Shown here piece by piece: positions 1 through 8,200 of a DNA stretch of 39,283 nt (positions within the stretch are counted from its first letter, which is position 1; each line of letters begins with the position of its first letter). The stretch is taken from positions 1 through 39,283 of the forward strand of contig JBBTWG010000023.1 in assembly GCA_038062935.1 (NCBI GenBank), in the 5' to 3' direction. The notes beneath the pieces were generated by a model that was given only the letters and a program-made list of their open reading frames with translations, was not told the DNA's origin and made no database searches. The DNA comes from Patescibacteria group bacterium (GTDB lineage Bacteria > Patescibacteriota > Gracilibacteria > UBA1369 > UBA12463). The translations under genes and the position numbers were made by a program.

Positions 1-1380
1 GTAACCTGGCTGAACGAGTGTGAAGTTTGCCAGATTTGATCTGGAAATTGTACCGCCGTGTGTCAATGAAATTTGGTTCAATTCGATGTCATTTGCTCCT
101 GCGGTCAGTTTGAAGTTTCCGCATTCTACATTTTTTGCACCGAGCATTGGTCCAGAGATAGCGCTGACGGTAGCAAGTGTGACTGTACCGACAGAGACTG
201 CTCCGATGGAGAATTCACTTCCCACGACTGGGAGACCACCGATCGTTCCATTGGATCCGACGTCAGCAGCGCTGACGATGGAGAATGTGTGGCGATCATT
301 GGCTGTTGCTGTGCCGCTCGCTGCGACATCAACTTTTAGAGTGAGTACTCGTGGAGTTCCTGGTTCGACTTTGAGAGCGAGTGCTGAGAATTCAACCGTG
401 TTTGTGTCAGAAGAGATTGTCTTTCCTGATTTCAAACGGTTTGCACCTTCATACACTGCAACAGATGCGAAATCTGCTACTGCACCAACACCTGAACGTG
501 TGAATTTGATAGAATCCACTGTTGTTGCTGTTGCTGCTGAAAGGCTGAATTGGAGAACTCCAGCGCTCTTTGCACCGAGAGGAAGTGTGTTTCCTACTGG
601 TGTGTTTGAGAGTGCAACTGTGACGGCTCCGCCAGTGACTGGCTCGCTGCCTGTTCCTGTTCCTGTTCCTGTTCCTGTTCCTGTTCCTGTTCCTGTTCCA
701 GTTCCAGTGCCTGTGCCTGTGCCTTCTTCTTCTTCTGATCGTTCCTGTGGATCTTGACCACGAGCAATCATAGCGGCTGCTTCACCACGAAGGATGTAGT
801 TTCCGACTTTGAATGTTTCGTCTTCATATCCGTTCACGACTGACCAGAAATATGCAGTCTTTACGAAAGGTTCTGCCCATTCTGGAACTTCGTCTGTGAA
901 AGGAAGTTCAGCGTCTGCTGCTGCCTCCTGATCGAGTTCTGCAGCGAGCGTGATCATTTTGGCAAATTCCCCTCGCTTGACATTGTCAGCTGGGCGGAAC
1001 ATACCTTCAAATCCAGCGACGAAGCCGAGCTGTGCCGCTGTTTCGACGTATTTGTATCCCATTCCATCCCAAAGAGTCTTTGGAACGTCTTTGAATGTTG
1101 GGGTTTCTGGGTTGGCGAGATCTGCATCTTCGACACCAGCCATTTTGACAACGAGTTTAGCCGCTTCTACGCGGTTCATGTTGTCGCCTGGGCGGAAGTT
1201 TGTAGCGGATCCGTCAATGATGCCTTGATCAGCAAGATCCATAACGTTTTCTGCGAACCATTGGTCGCTAACGTCATCAAATGCTGATGCAACCGGCACC
1301 ACGGAGAGAGTCGCGAGTATAGCAACTACTGAAAAGCTCGCAAAAGCTTTTCGGAGTCGCAGACCGAAAGAGATATCCAT
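1..1380 (-). CDS. S-layer homology (SLH) domain surface protein, N-terminal part; runs off the left edge
   Basis: Not in the ORF track. Manual translation from ATG 1380 gives MDISFGLRLRKAFASFSVVAILATLSVVPVASA (signal peptide), then FDDVSDQWFAENVMDLADQGIIDGSATNFRPGDNMNRVEAAKLVV and two further SLH-like units (FKDVP..FRPADNVKRGEFAKMI; FTDEVPEWA..FKVGNYILRGEAAAMI), a Gly-Thr linker and a beta-rich region. Confidence 0.9.
   Translation of the reverse strand, partial: MDISFGLRLRKAFASFSVVAILATLSVVPVASAFDDVSDQWFAENVMDLADQGIIDGSATNFRPGDNMNRVEAAKLVVKMAGVEDADLANPETPTFKDVPKTLWDGMGYKYVETAAQLGFVAGFEGMFRPADNVKRGEFAKMITLAAELDQEAAADAELPFTDEVPEWAEPFVKTAYFWSVVNGYEDETFKVGNYILRGEAAAMIARGQDPQERSEEEEGTGTGTGTGTGTGTGTGTGTGTGTGSEPVTGGAVTVALSNTPVGNTLPLGAKSAGVLQFSLSAATATTVDSIKFTRSGVGAVADFASVAVYEGANRLKSGKTISSDTNTVEFSALALKVEPGTPRVLTLKVDVAASGTATANDRHTFSIVSAADVGSNGTIGGLPVVGSEFSIGAVSVGTVTLATVSAISGPMLGAKNVECGNFKLTAGANDIELNQISLTHGGTISRSNLANFTLVQPGY
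650..724 (-). repeat. 6-bp tandem repeat (12 copies) encoding a (Gly-Thr)12 linker
   Basis: (CCTGTT)8 followed by CCAGTT, CCAGTG, CCTGTG, CCTGTG on +; reads GGN-ACN in the S-layer frame. Confidence 0.95.
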
Positions 1381-1984
1381 GTGTGGATGTGAGTTAAGGA
1401 TAGATAAAAATAAGAACTTGTAGTTGGCTTTTTGCAGTCTTTGATCGCCAACAAGAATTCAAAGACTGTTTGGTAGAAACTGAAAAGAATTGTTTGAAGT
1501 TCGTTGAGAGATCGTTGACTAGACAACTTTTTGCGGACGATCTCGCCGCCGCAGAGTTGGAGGGATTTTGGCTGCTTTCCTCAAAGCAGTGATTTTTTCG
1601 AGACTCTTGTGCCTGATTTTCAAGGGACGACCAGCGAATTATTCGCTTCTGTAAGCGATATTTCACGCTTTTGCCTAATCCAAAGCTGGTTTTATCGGAA
1701 GAAATCTACCAGATGCGCTCTCTCAAGTCAAATTCGTTCTCCTGCTCACTTTTTCTCTGTTCTGCTTTGCTTTTGCGCATTCTGGTTCGCCTTTTACAAC
1801 TCAAAAGAACTTGAAATGTTTCACAAATAGACGTGACAAAAGTGTGTAATATTTTGCTTTGTGTGTATTTTTTTGGATAGTTGAGTAGACGATGGGGTGT
1901 TTTTCGCGGCTTGATGCAGGGTTTTTGCCAATTTCTTGGCTTTTTCTATTTCTCCCCTATAATGCTTGAGTTCTTTCTGTTCGT

Positions 1985-2059
1985 GCCGCGTTCGTCTAAT
2001 GGTTAGGACGCCACCTTCTCAAGGTAGTAATACGGGTTCGATTCCCGTACGCGGTACCA
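1985..2059 (+). tRNA. tRNA-Glu(CUC)
   Basis: Acceptor stem GCCGCGT/ACGCGGT, anticodon loop TT-CTC-AA, T arm GGTTCGATTCC, encoded CCA. Confidence 0.93.
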
Positions 2060-2064
2060 TAAGG

Positions 2065-2130
2065 GACATGTGACATGTGACTTATGACGATTGACTGGTC
2101 ACAAGTCACATGTCAATTGTTACAAGTAAC
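2065..2130. repeat. TGTGACA-type heptamer repeats, a direct array followed by an inverted array
   Basis: gacatgt gacatgt gacttat gacgatt gact..gtcacaa gtcacat gtcaatt gttacaa gtaac. Confidence 0.8.
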
Positions 2131-2138
2131 TTTTATAT

Positions 2139-3275
2139 ATGTCTCAAGATTTTTACAGGGTTCTCGGGGTTTCCAAAGCTGCTTCTGAGCAGGAATTGAA
2201 GAAAGCCTATCGCAAATTAGCTTTGGAGTCTCATCCCGACAAGCACAAAGGTGACAAAGCTGCGGAGAAGCGTTTTCAAGAGGTGAATGAGGCTTATCAG
2301 ACGCTTTCTGATCCCAAAAAACGAGCCATGTATGATCAATATGGCTCTGTGCCTCCTAGTGGCGGCTTTGGTGGTGGGGGTGCGGATTTCGGCCAGGACT
2401 TTGATTTTTCTCAGTTTGGAGGTGGTTTTGGCGATATTTTTGAATCTTTCTTTGGTGGCGGATTCAATAGTGGCGGTGCTACAGGTCGTCGAAAGAAAAA
2501 AGGGCCTCGTCGTGGTGAAGATGTTGAAGTTTCGCTTCGAATCAGCTTTGAGGAAGCTGCTTTTGGCATGGAAAAAGACCTTATTCTGGAAGCAATGCAA
2601 GGATGTGAACACTGTACAAGTACTGGCGCAGAACCAGGAAGCACTGTTGTGGATTGCAAAACATGCCAGGGCGCGGGTGAAATCCGCGGTGTTCGTCAAA
2701 CGATGCTTGGTCAGATGATGACATCGCGAGTGTGCGAAACGTGTCAGGGCGAAGGGCGATATCCAGAAAAAAAATGTTCGAAGTGTCATGGCGCTGGCCG
2801 CATACGACGCCGAACAGAAATTACTTTGAAAATTCCTGCGGGGATTCATGACGGTGCAACGCTCCGAATGAGCGGAAAGGGTGAGGCTGGAGTTTTTGGT
2901 GGTGAGGCGGGCGATCTCTTTCTCCACATCGCCGTTGCGGCTCACAAAAAATTTATGCGCGAAGGAAGTGACGTGCACTCCGAAGAACATATTCATGTCC
3001 TGCAAGCAATTTTGGGCGATACGATTCCTGTCGAAACTTTGCACGGTCGCGTGGATCTAAAAGTTCCTGCTGGCACGCCATATGGTCGTGTTTTTCGACT
3101 CAAAGACTCAGGAATTCAGAATCTCGGACGCTCATCGCGTGGCGATCATTTTGTCAAAATTCTCATTTCGATTCCTGAAAAACTTTCGAAGAAAGAAGAA
3201 GAATTCTATCAATCGCTCGCTCAGGAAGTAAAAACAAAAAAGAAAGATGGATTTTTTGGAAAACTTTTTTCGTAA
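2139..3275 (+). CDS. dnaJ: Molecular chaperone DnaJ
   Basis: J domain with HPD, G/F-rich region, four CxxCxGxG-type zinc-finger motifs, C-terminal domain. Confidence 0.97.
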   Translation: MSQDFYRVLGVSKAASEQELKKAYRKLALESHPDKHKGDKAAEKRFQEVNEAYQTLSDPKKRAMYDQYGSVPPSGGFGGGGADFGQDFDFSQFGGGFGDIFESFFGGGFNSGGATGRRKKKGPRRGEDVEVSLRISFEEAAFGMEKDLILEAMQGCEHCTSTGAEPGSTVVDCKTCQGAGEIRGVRQTMLGQMMTSRVCETCQGEGRYPEKKCSKCHGAGRIRRRTEITLKIPAGIHDGATLRMSGKGEAGVFGGEAGDLFLHIAVAAHKKFMREGSDVHSEEHIHVLQAILGDTIPVETLHGRVDLKVPAGTPYGRVFRLKDSGIQNLGRSSRGDHFVKILISIPEKLSKKEEEFYQSLAQEVKTKKKDGFFGKLFS

Positions 3276-3338
3276 TGTTTTGGTTGCGGAAAAAAGGCTT
3301 TTTTATTATTGTATACGAAGTTCAGCCTCTCACACTTT

Positions 3339-3908
3339 ATGAACATTAATCTTACTTGGGATCTTTTCATTCTCGTTTTCTTCGGCATTATTGTGGCCTA
3401 TAGTTTTATCATTGGGCAGAATAATACGTTGAAAATTATTCTCGGAACGTATGTTTCTGCGCTTGCAGCGGATGCTGCTGGAAATCTCTTTGGTCAATAT
3501 CTTGGCAAATCTCAGCCATTTTTGAAAGCTGCTTCGAACATCGGCATTCAGGATCAGAGCGATGCGATGATTTTCATGAAAGTCACGATTTTTATTCTCC
3601 TGGTGATTGTCTTTACTGTTCGTGGTGGAATTTCTGTCGACTTGAAACTCGCAAAATCTGTTTTTTCTCGTATGATTTTGACAGGGTTGTTTGGGTTTCT
3701 GAGCGCTGGTTTGATCATCAGTACAGTTCTCATGTATGTATCTGGCCTTTCTTTCATTGCTGGCGGCGCATCTGTTGGACAGACGTCGATTACCGCTTTC
3801 TCTGGCCAATCCCCGTTCGTACAACAACTCCTCACCTATTATAACTTCTGGTTCTTTTTACCGGTTATAGCTATCCTGGTGCGCGAGTTTTTGGCTGGAA
3901 AAGAATAG
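3339..3908 (+). CDS. Hypothetical multi-pass membrane protein (CvpA-like topology)
   Basis: About five hydrophobic segments; ATG 3339 preferred over TTG 3309. Confidence 0.75.
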   Translation: MNINLTWDLFILVFFGIIVAYSFIIGQNNTLKIILGTYVSALAADAAGNLFGQYLGKSQPFLKAASNIGIQDQSDAMIFMKVTIFILLVIVFTVRGGISVDLKLAKSVFSRMILTGLFGFLSAGLIISTVLMYVSGLSFIAGGASVGQTSITAFSGQSPFVQQLLTYYNFWFFLPVIAILVREFLAGKE

Positions 3909-3964
3909 GATATTTTTCATCTTGTCATTCTTTTTGTCGCCCATTACAATGCTTTTACTTTTTC

Positions 3965-4040
3965 GGGTCATTAGCTCAGTCGGTAGAGCGGCTCCCTTTT
4001 AAGGAGAAGGTCGCTGGTTCGATTCCAGCATGACCCACCA
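3965..4040 (+). tRNA. tRNA-Lys(UUU)
   Basis: Acceptor stem GGGTCAT/ATGACCC, D arm TAGCTCAGTCGGTAGAGC, anticodon loop CT-TTT-AA, GGTTCGATTCC, CCA. Confidence 0.96.
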
Positions 4041-4124
4041 TGAAACTTATCTTCGGGTAAGTTTTTTTATTACAAAATATTCTTCGGACGAATCTAGTGC
4101 TTTTATTTTTTGAAAAAGTTTTTT

Positions 4125-4163
4125 AAAAAGCCCATCGCGAGTGAGGTAAATGGCGATGGGCTT
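4125..4163 (-). terminator. Intrinsic terminator-like hairpin
   Basis: 11-bp stem AAGCCCATCGC/GCGATGGGCTT with a 14-nt loop; the U-tract is on the minus strand. Confidence 0.55.
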
Positions 4164-4240
4164 CCCAAAAAATGGGTGTAAGAATGTTCTTGTCCAACAG
4201 CATTGTAGGAGCTTTGAAGTATTTTTACAAAAAATAGTTA

Positions 4241-4269
4241 TTGATTGATCGTTCGACTAGTCGTACAAT
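4241..4269 (+). promoter_or_regulatory. Sigma70-like promoter with a palindrome in the spacer
   Basis: TTGATT(4241)-17 bp-TACAAT(4264); perfect palindrome CGACTAGTCG at 4254-4263. Confidence 0.55.
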
Positions 4270-4299
4270 TTTCTCAAAGAAAAATTAACCCTCACTCCT

Positions 4300-4788
4300 A
4301 TGAAGCTCGAAAAAACTGACCTGATTGACATTAACCAAGCCGCATTCATCAGCGGAAAATCGATTCAAACGATTCGACGTGCAATCAAGTCAAAAAAGAT
4401 TATTGCTCGCAAACAAAGAACCCCCCAGGGATTCAATTATTTCATTTCGAAGAAGAGCGTCCAGGATTTTTTCTGCGCACCGACTGGCCATAACTTCCAG
4501 GATATTCCTGTGGAGGACATGGAAAACCACATGATTATTCAAGAGGCTATTCAGGAAACTCTCCAGGAGGCTACACAGCAGACTAGTCAAAGTCTTGAAA
4601 ACAGCGAGACAAAGCAGGAAATCAAGGATGTAAAACGTATGCTTCAGTCACTCATTGGACAATATCAGAAGGAGCGCGAACAAGTGGCGATTGTCCTGAA
4701 AGATATACAGGATCGTGTCCTCGTGAGTGAGAATCAGATTCGATTTCTCTCGGCTCCAAAAAAGAAATGGTATCAACTCTGGAGATAG
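4300..4788 (+). CDS. MerR/excisionase-like HTH DNA-binding protein with a coiled coil and an amphipathic C-terminal tail
   Basis: IDINQAAFISGKSIQTIRRAIKSKKI is an HTH pattern; heptad-rich C-terminal half; ends PKKKWYQLWR. Confidence 0.8.
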   Translation: MKLEKTDLIDINQAAFISGKSIQTIRRAIKSKKIIARKQRTPQGFNYFISKKSVQDFFCAPTGHNFQDIPVEDMENHMIIQEAIQETLQEATQQTSQSLENSETKQEIKDVKRMLQSLIGQYQKEREQVAIVLKDIQDRVLVSENQIRFLSAPKKKWYQLWR

Positions 4789-4800
4789 GCTTTGGTTTTT

Positions 4801-5232
4801 CTACAGAATATCCATTCGTATAGGATCTTTCTTTTTTGTTTGGAAAATTTCGACTTTTATTTGAGACTTTTGTGGGTCTGGGGAGTTTTGAGTTGGCAAG
4901 GGTGTGTTTTGTGCGGTTTGCGCGGGAATTATGGGATCTTTTTCGAAGACGGCTTTTTTGTGAGTTTCGTGAGACTCTTTTTTCCCCATATGTTTCTTTA
5001 ATTCGGCGACGAGGGCACTTTTCTTGTTGAGCGAGAAGAACTTCATGTTTCCGACTTTCTCGGAGAGTACGATGCCGTCGAGTTCCATACCTGCAAGTTC
5101 GCGCTGGAGCGACCCGGCGGAGTACTGCATCATCTCCGCGAGCTCCCGAAGGTAGTACTTCTGTCTACTCCCGTCGAACAAAATTTCGAGGACTGCCTTT
5201 CTAGCCTGAGATTTGAGGATTTTTGAGAACAT
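4801..5232 (-). CDS. Winged-helix DNA-binding protein (ArsR/MNT-associated type) with a low-complexity tail
   Basis: SQARKAVLEILF..YYLRELAEMMQYSAGSLQRELAGME..GIVLSEKVGNMKFFSLN; ATG 5232 preferred as start. Confidence 0.8.
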   Translation of the reverse strand: MFSKILKSQARKAVLEILFDGSRQKYYLRELAEMMQYSAGSLQRELAGMELDGIVLSEKVGNMKFFSLNKKSALVAELKKHMGKKESHETHKKAVFEKDPIIPAQTAQNTPLPTQNSPDPQKSQIKVEIFQTKKKDPIRMDIL

Positions 5233-5394
5233 TTTTTTCGGAGTTGAGAATGTTTTGAGAACAACTGTTCTCAATTCTGAGAACGATCGTACTCAATTCT
5301 GAGAACAACTTGAGAACGATTGTTTTCAGATTGGAGAACATTCGTACTCAATATTGAGAACGATTTGAGAACGAGTGTTCTCAGAATTGAGAAC
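5224..5394. repeat. 11-bp-phased array of TGAGAAC/GTTCTCA heptamers (putative operator array)
   Basis: 14 consecutive heptamers starting every 11 bp from 5245 to 5388, plus one at 5224; includes five GTTCTCA-N4-TGAGAAC-type palindromes. Confidence 0.9.
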
Positions 5395-5484
5395 AATTTA
5401 GCTTTTAAATTACTGATATGCAAGTTATTTTTAATTTGTTCTTTTTTTCTGGTCTGTTTTTGTATTTTTTACTACACTGTTTTC

Positions 5485-7434
5485 ATGTTCTTGCGCCTTC
5501 TCAAATGGGCGACTGCACTGATTGTGGTTGCTATGCCTCTCATTTTTTGGCCAGATTTGTATCTCACTTTTGAACTCCCTAAGACTGTGTTCTTCCGGAG
5601 TATGGTGCTCGTCTTGTTGCTGTTATTCATCCTGAGAGCGTTTTTTGAAGAATATATGAGCCTCCCACGGATACCAAAAGTTTTGGGATGGGTGATGCTT
5701 TTCCTTCTTCTTACTTTCATACTTTCTACAGTTTTTTCGGTGGCGCCATGGGAAAGTTTCTGGGGATCGTACTTTCGGCAGACTGGGCTCTTTACTCATC
5801 TCACTTTTTGGCTTTTTGCTGCTGTTTTTGTGATTTCTTTCGAAAAAAGGCATGTTTCTTTCTTTTTCCGATGTTTAGGCCTCTGCGGAATTTTTGTGGC
5901 CTTTTTTGGGCTTCTTCAGCATTTTTTGCCTTCTCTGAGCGGTTTCTGGGACGTTGATTTCTTTTTGGGACGGATTTTTTCCACGATGGGGCACCCGAAT
6001 GCACTTGGAACTTTTTTGGCAATGATTTTTCCGGTGTTTTTGTGGAAATCTCCCCTGGGGAACGATGATGATAAGAAAAAAAACCTGCGACGGATTTTTT
6101 GGATTTTTTCTACATTGATTCTTCTGATGGCAATTTTTCTCACGCGAGGACGTGGGGCGATGTTGGCGGCGGGATTTTCCGGATTTGTATTTTTATTGAT
6201 TTTTTTCTGGCGACGAGGGATGCGAAAAGTTTTTTGCATGACACTTCTCTTACCAATTTTTCTCGGAATTTTTCTTTTTGTGGGTGCAAAAATTTCCCCG
6301 CATGCTCCCCTTTTCAATCGACTTTCTTTGCAGGGTGAGAATGGTCGATCGGTGGAAACGCGCTTGCTCATGTGGCCTGCGACGGTTCGGATGATCGCAG
6401 ATCGACCGATTCTCGGCTATGGGCTCGAAACTTTTTCGCTGGTTTTTCCCAAGTACGCGCCGAAAGAACTCCTTCTTTTGGAAAATTTCCAATATGTGGC
6501 AGATCGTAGTCATAATGAATTTCTCGATATTGCAGCGACGACTGGGACTTTTGGGCTGGCGGCGTGGATATTATTTTTGAGTGTGATTCTCTTCTATGCA
6601 CTGCGAAATTGTGATCTGCGAAGTGTCGCTGCTGGATGCGGAATTCTCGCACTTCTTGTGGCGAATCAATTTAGTTTTTCGACGACGGTACATTGGGCTC
6701 TCTTCTGGTTTTTTGTCGGATGTATTGTGCTTCTGAACTTTGAAAAAAAATCCTACACACTCCCCTTTTTTCGTCGAAAATTGCTGAGTTTTTGCGTGCT
6801 GGTGGTTTCTTTTTTGGCGATTCTTTTCGTGATTTGGACGACGAGTGTTCGTGCGCTTGTGGCGGATCGATACTTTCGTTTGGCTCAGAATTCTGCGGAA
6901 AATGGTGATTTTCTTTCGAGTCTCGATTCATTTCAGTTGGCAGTGAATACTTTTTCGTTTCAGCATTTTTATAACTTGTCTGGAGCGCGAATGCTCATGA
7001 GTTTTGCGGATCGATTGCCGCGAGAATTACGCAATATTTTTCTCGATCCAAGTCGTGAATTTTTGAAAAATATGGGGAAAAATGAGACTTCTCGTGATCC
7101 TCATTTTTTCCTGGCGAGTGGGATTTTGGCACGACTGGAGGGCGATTTTGAGGTTTCTTTGCGCATATTTGTGCGTGCGCATGAGCTCGCGCCGCATGCA
7201 CCGGCATTGCTGCTCGAATGGGGGATGGCGCTTGCTGATGCGGGGAAATATCGTGAAGCAATTGCAAAATATGAGGAATATGTCTCGCTCGCGCCACCCT
7301 ATTGGAGTTGGAAAGATCGCCTCGATCTCAGCGAAGACGAGAAAAATCAACGACGAATTTTTTATAAGCTGAATCCGGGATTTGATCGAGTTTTTGAGTT
7401 GATTCATGTGGCGAAGCAGCAAATGAGTTCATAA
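5485..7434 (+). CDS. O-antigen ligase (Wzy_C) family membrane protein with C-terminal TPRs
   Basis: Many TM helices; motifs RIFSTMGHPNALG, LTRGRGA, RPILGYGLETF, DRSHNEFLD; TPR-like helical C-terminus. Confidence 0.88.
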   Translation: MFLRLLKWATALIVVAMPLIFWPDLYLTFELPKTVFFRSMVLVLLLLFILRAFFEEYMSLPRIPKVLGWVMLFLLLTFILSTVFSVAPWESFWGSYFRQTGLFTHLTFWLFAAVFVISFEKRHVSFFFRCLGLCGIFVAFFGLLQHFLPSLSGFWDVDFFLGRIFSTMGHPNALGTFLAMIFPVFLWKSPLGNDDDKKKNLRRIFWIFSTLILLMAIFLTRGRGAMLAAGFSGFVFLLIFFWRRGMRKVFCMTLLLPIFLGIFLFVGAKISPHAPLFNRLSLQGENGRSVETRLLMWPATVRMIADRPILGYGLETFSLVFPKYAPKELLLLENFQYVADRSHNEFLDIAATTGTFGLAAWILFLSVILFYALRNCDLRSVAAGCGILALLVANQFSFSTTVHWALFWFFVGCIVLLNFEKKSYTLPFFRRKLLSFCVLVVSFLAILFVIWTTSVRALVADRYFRLAQNSAENGDFLSSLDSFQLAVNTFSFQHFYNLSGARMLMSFADRLPRELRNIFLDPSREFLKNMGKNETSRDPHFFLASGILARLEGDFEVSLRIFVRAHELAPHAPALLLEWGMALADAGKYREAIAKYEEYVSLAPPYWSWKDRLDLSEDEKNQRRIFYKLNPGFDRVFELIHVAKQQMSS

Positions 7435-7499
7435 ATTTGTTAAGAATCGTTCATCTTTTTTTGCTAGTTTCTTCTTGAAACTTTCTGTTTTTATGTTGA

Positions 7500-7530
7500 T
7501 AACGCTTGACGTTCATAACGCTATACGTTA
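7500..7530. promoter_or_regulatory. Putative HigA operator pair
   Basis: Two adjacent imperfect palindromes, TAACG-cttga-CGTTC and TAACG-ctata-CGTTA, directly upstream of higB. Confidence 0.55.
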
Positions 7531-7532
7531 AT

Positions 7533-7814
7533 ATGATTGTACATTTTCGATGTTCGCAAACTGCAAAAATATTTCGGAGAGAATGCTCAAGAAAATTCCC
7601 TCCTGAAATTCAAAAAGTGGCTTTGCGTAAGCTCTGGATGATTGATGCAACTTATGTTCTCAGCGATCTTCGGATACCGCCTTCTAATCACCTTGAAGCC
7701 CTTCGTGGCTCTCTCGAAGGTCGCTACAGCATTCGCATCAATCGACAATGGAGAGTCTGCTTCCGTTGGAGTAATGGGAATGCTTATAACGTCGAAATTG
7801 TTGATTATCATTAA
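7533..7814 (+). CDS. higB: HigB (RelE-family) toxin
   Basis: DLRIPPSNHLEALRG..GRYSIRINRQWRVCFRW..VEIVDYH signature. Confidence 0.93.
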   Translation: MIVHFRCSQTAKIFRRECSRKFPPEIQKVALRKLWMIDATYVLSDLRIPPSNHLEALRGSLEGRYSIRINRQWRVCFRWSNGNAYNVEIVDYH

Positions 7815-7826
7815 CTCCTTGTCACT

Positions 7827-8129
7827 ATGCCATCAAAAAAAATCATTGCGGTGCATCCTGGAGAAATTCTGGAAGAAGAATTCCTCAAACCTTTTCATCT
7901 GTCTCAATATCGCCTTGCAAAAGACATCGCTGTGCCGCCGAGACGGATCAATGAAATTGTCCATGGACTGCGAGCGGTGAGTGTCGATACGGCGCTGCGG
8001 TTGGCGCGATATTTTGGGAATTCTCCGGAGTTTTGGATGAATTTGCAGGCGCGATATGATTTGGAAATTCAGAAAGATATTCTGTCGGGACAATTGAAGA
8101 AAATTCCTGTTATTTCGGCTTTGAGATGA
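7827..8129 (+). CDS. higA: HigA antitoxin (XRE HTH)
   Basis: VHPGEILEEEFL..LSQYRLAKDI..RRINEIVHG.R..DTALRLARYFGNSPEFWMNLQ. Confidence 0.95.
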   Translation: MPSKKIIAVHPGEILEEEFLKPFHLSQYRLAKDIAVPPRRINEIVHGLRAVSVDTALRLARYFGNSPEFWMNLQARYDLEIQKDILSGQLKKIPVISALR

Positions 8130-8200
8130 TTTTGCATTCAATTTGCGTTCCTAGATTTTTTTTGTATACTGCGTTCGCAGTCTCCTATAACTTCTTCAAT

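Noticed and set aside
20-757. 245-aa + strand ORF with (PV)n
   Set aside because: It is the antisense shadow of the S-layer gene; the minus frame has a signal peptide and SLH motifs.
1600-1690. c-di-GMP-I riboswitch-like GGCAAA..GAAA on the minus strand
   Set aside because: The GACGCAAA junction and second-stem consensus are missing, so it cannot be supported without an Rfam scan.
5224-5394. CRISPR array, or an N-terminal extension of the flanking ORFs
   Set aside because: Units are 7 bp with 4-bp spacers and there are no cas genes in the window; the ORF extensions are just translations of the repeat.
7533-8129. higBA as a novel system
   Set aside because: It is an ordinary toxin-first HigBA module.
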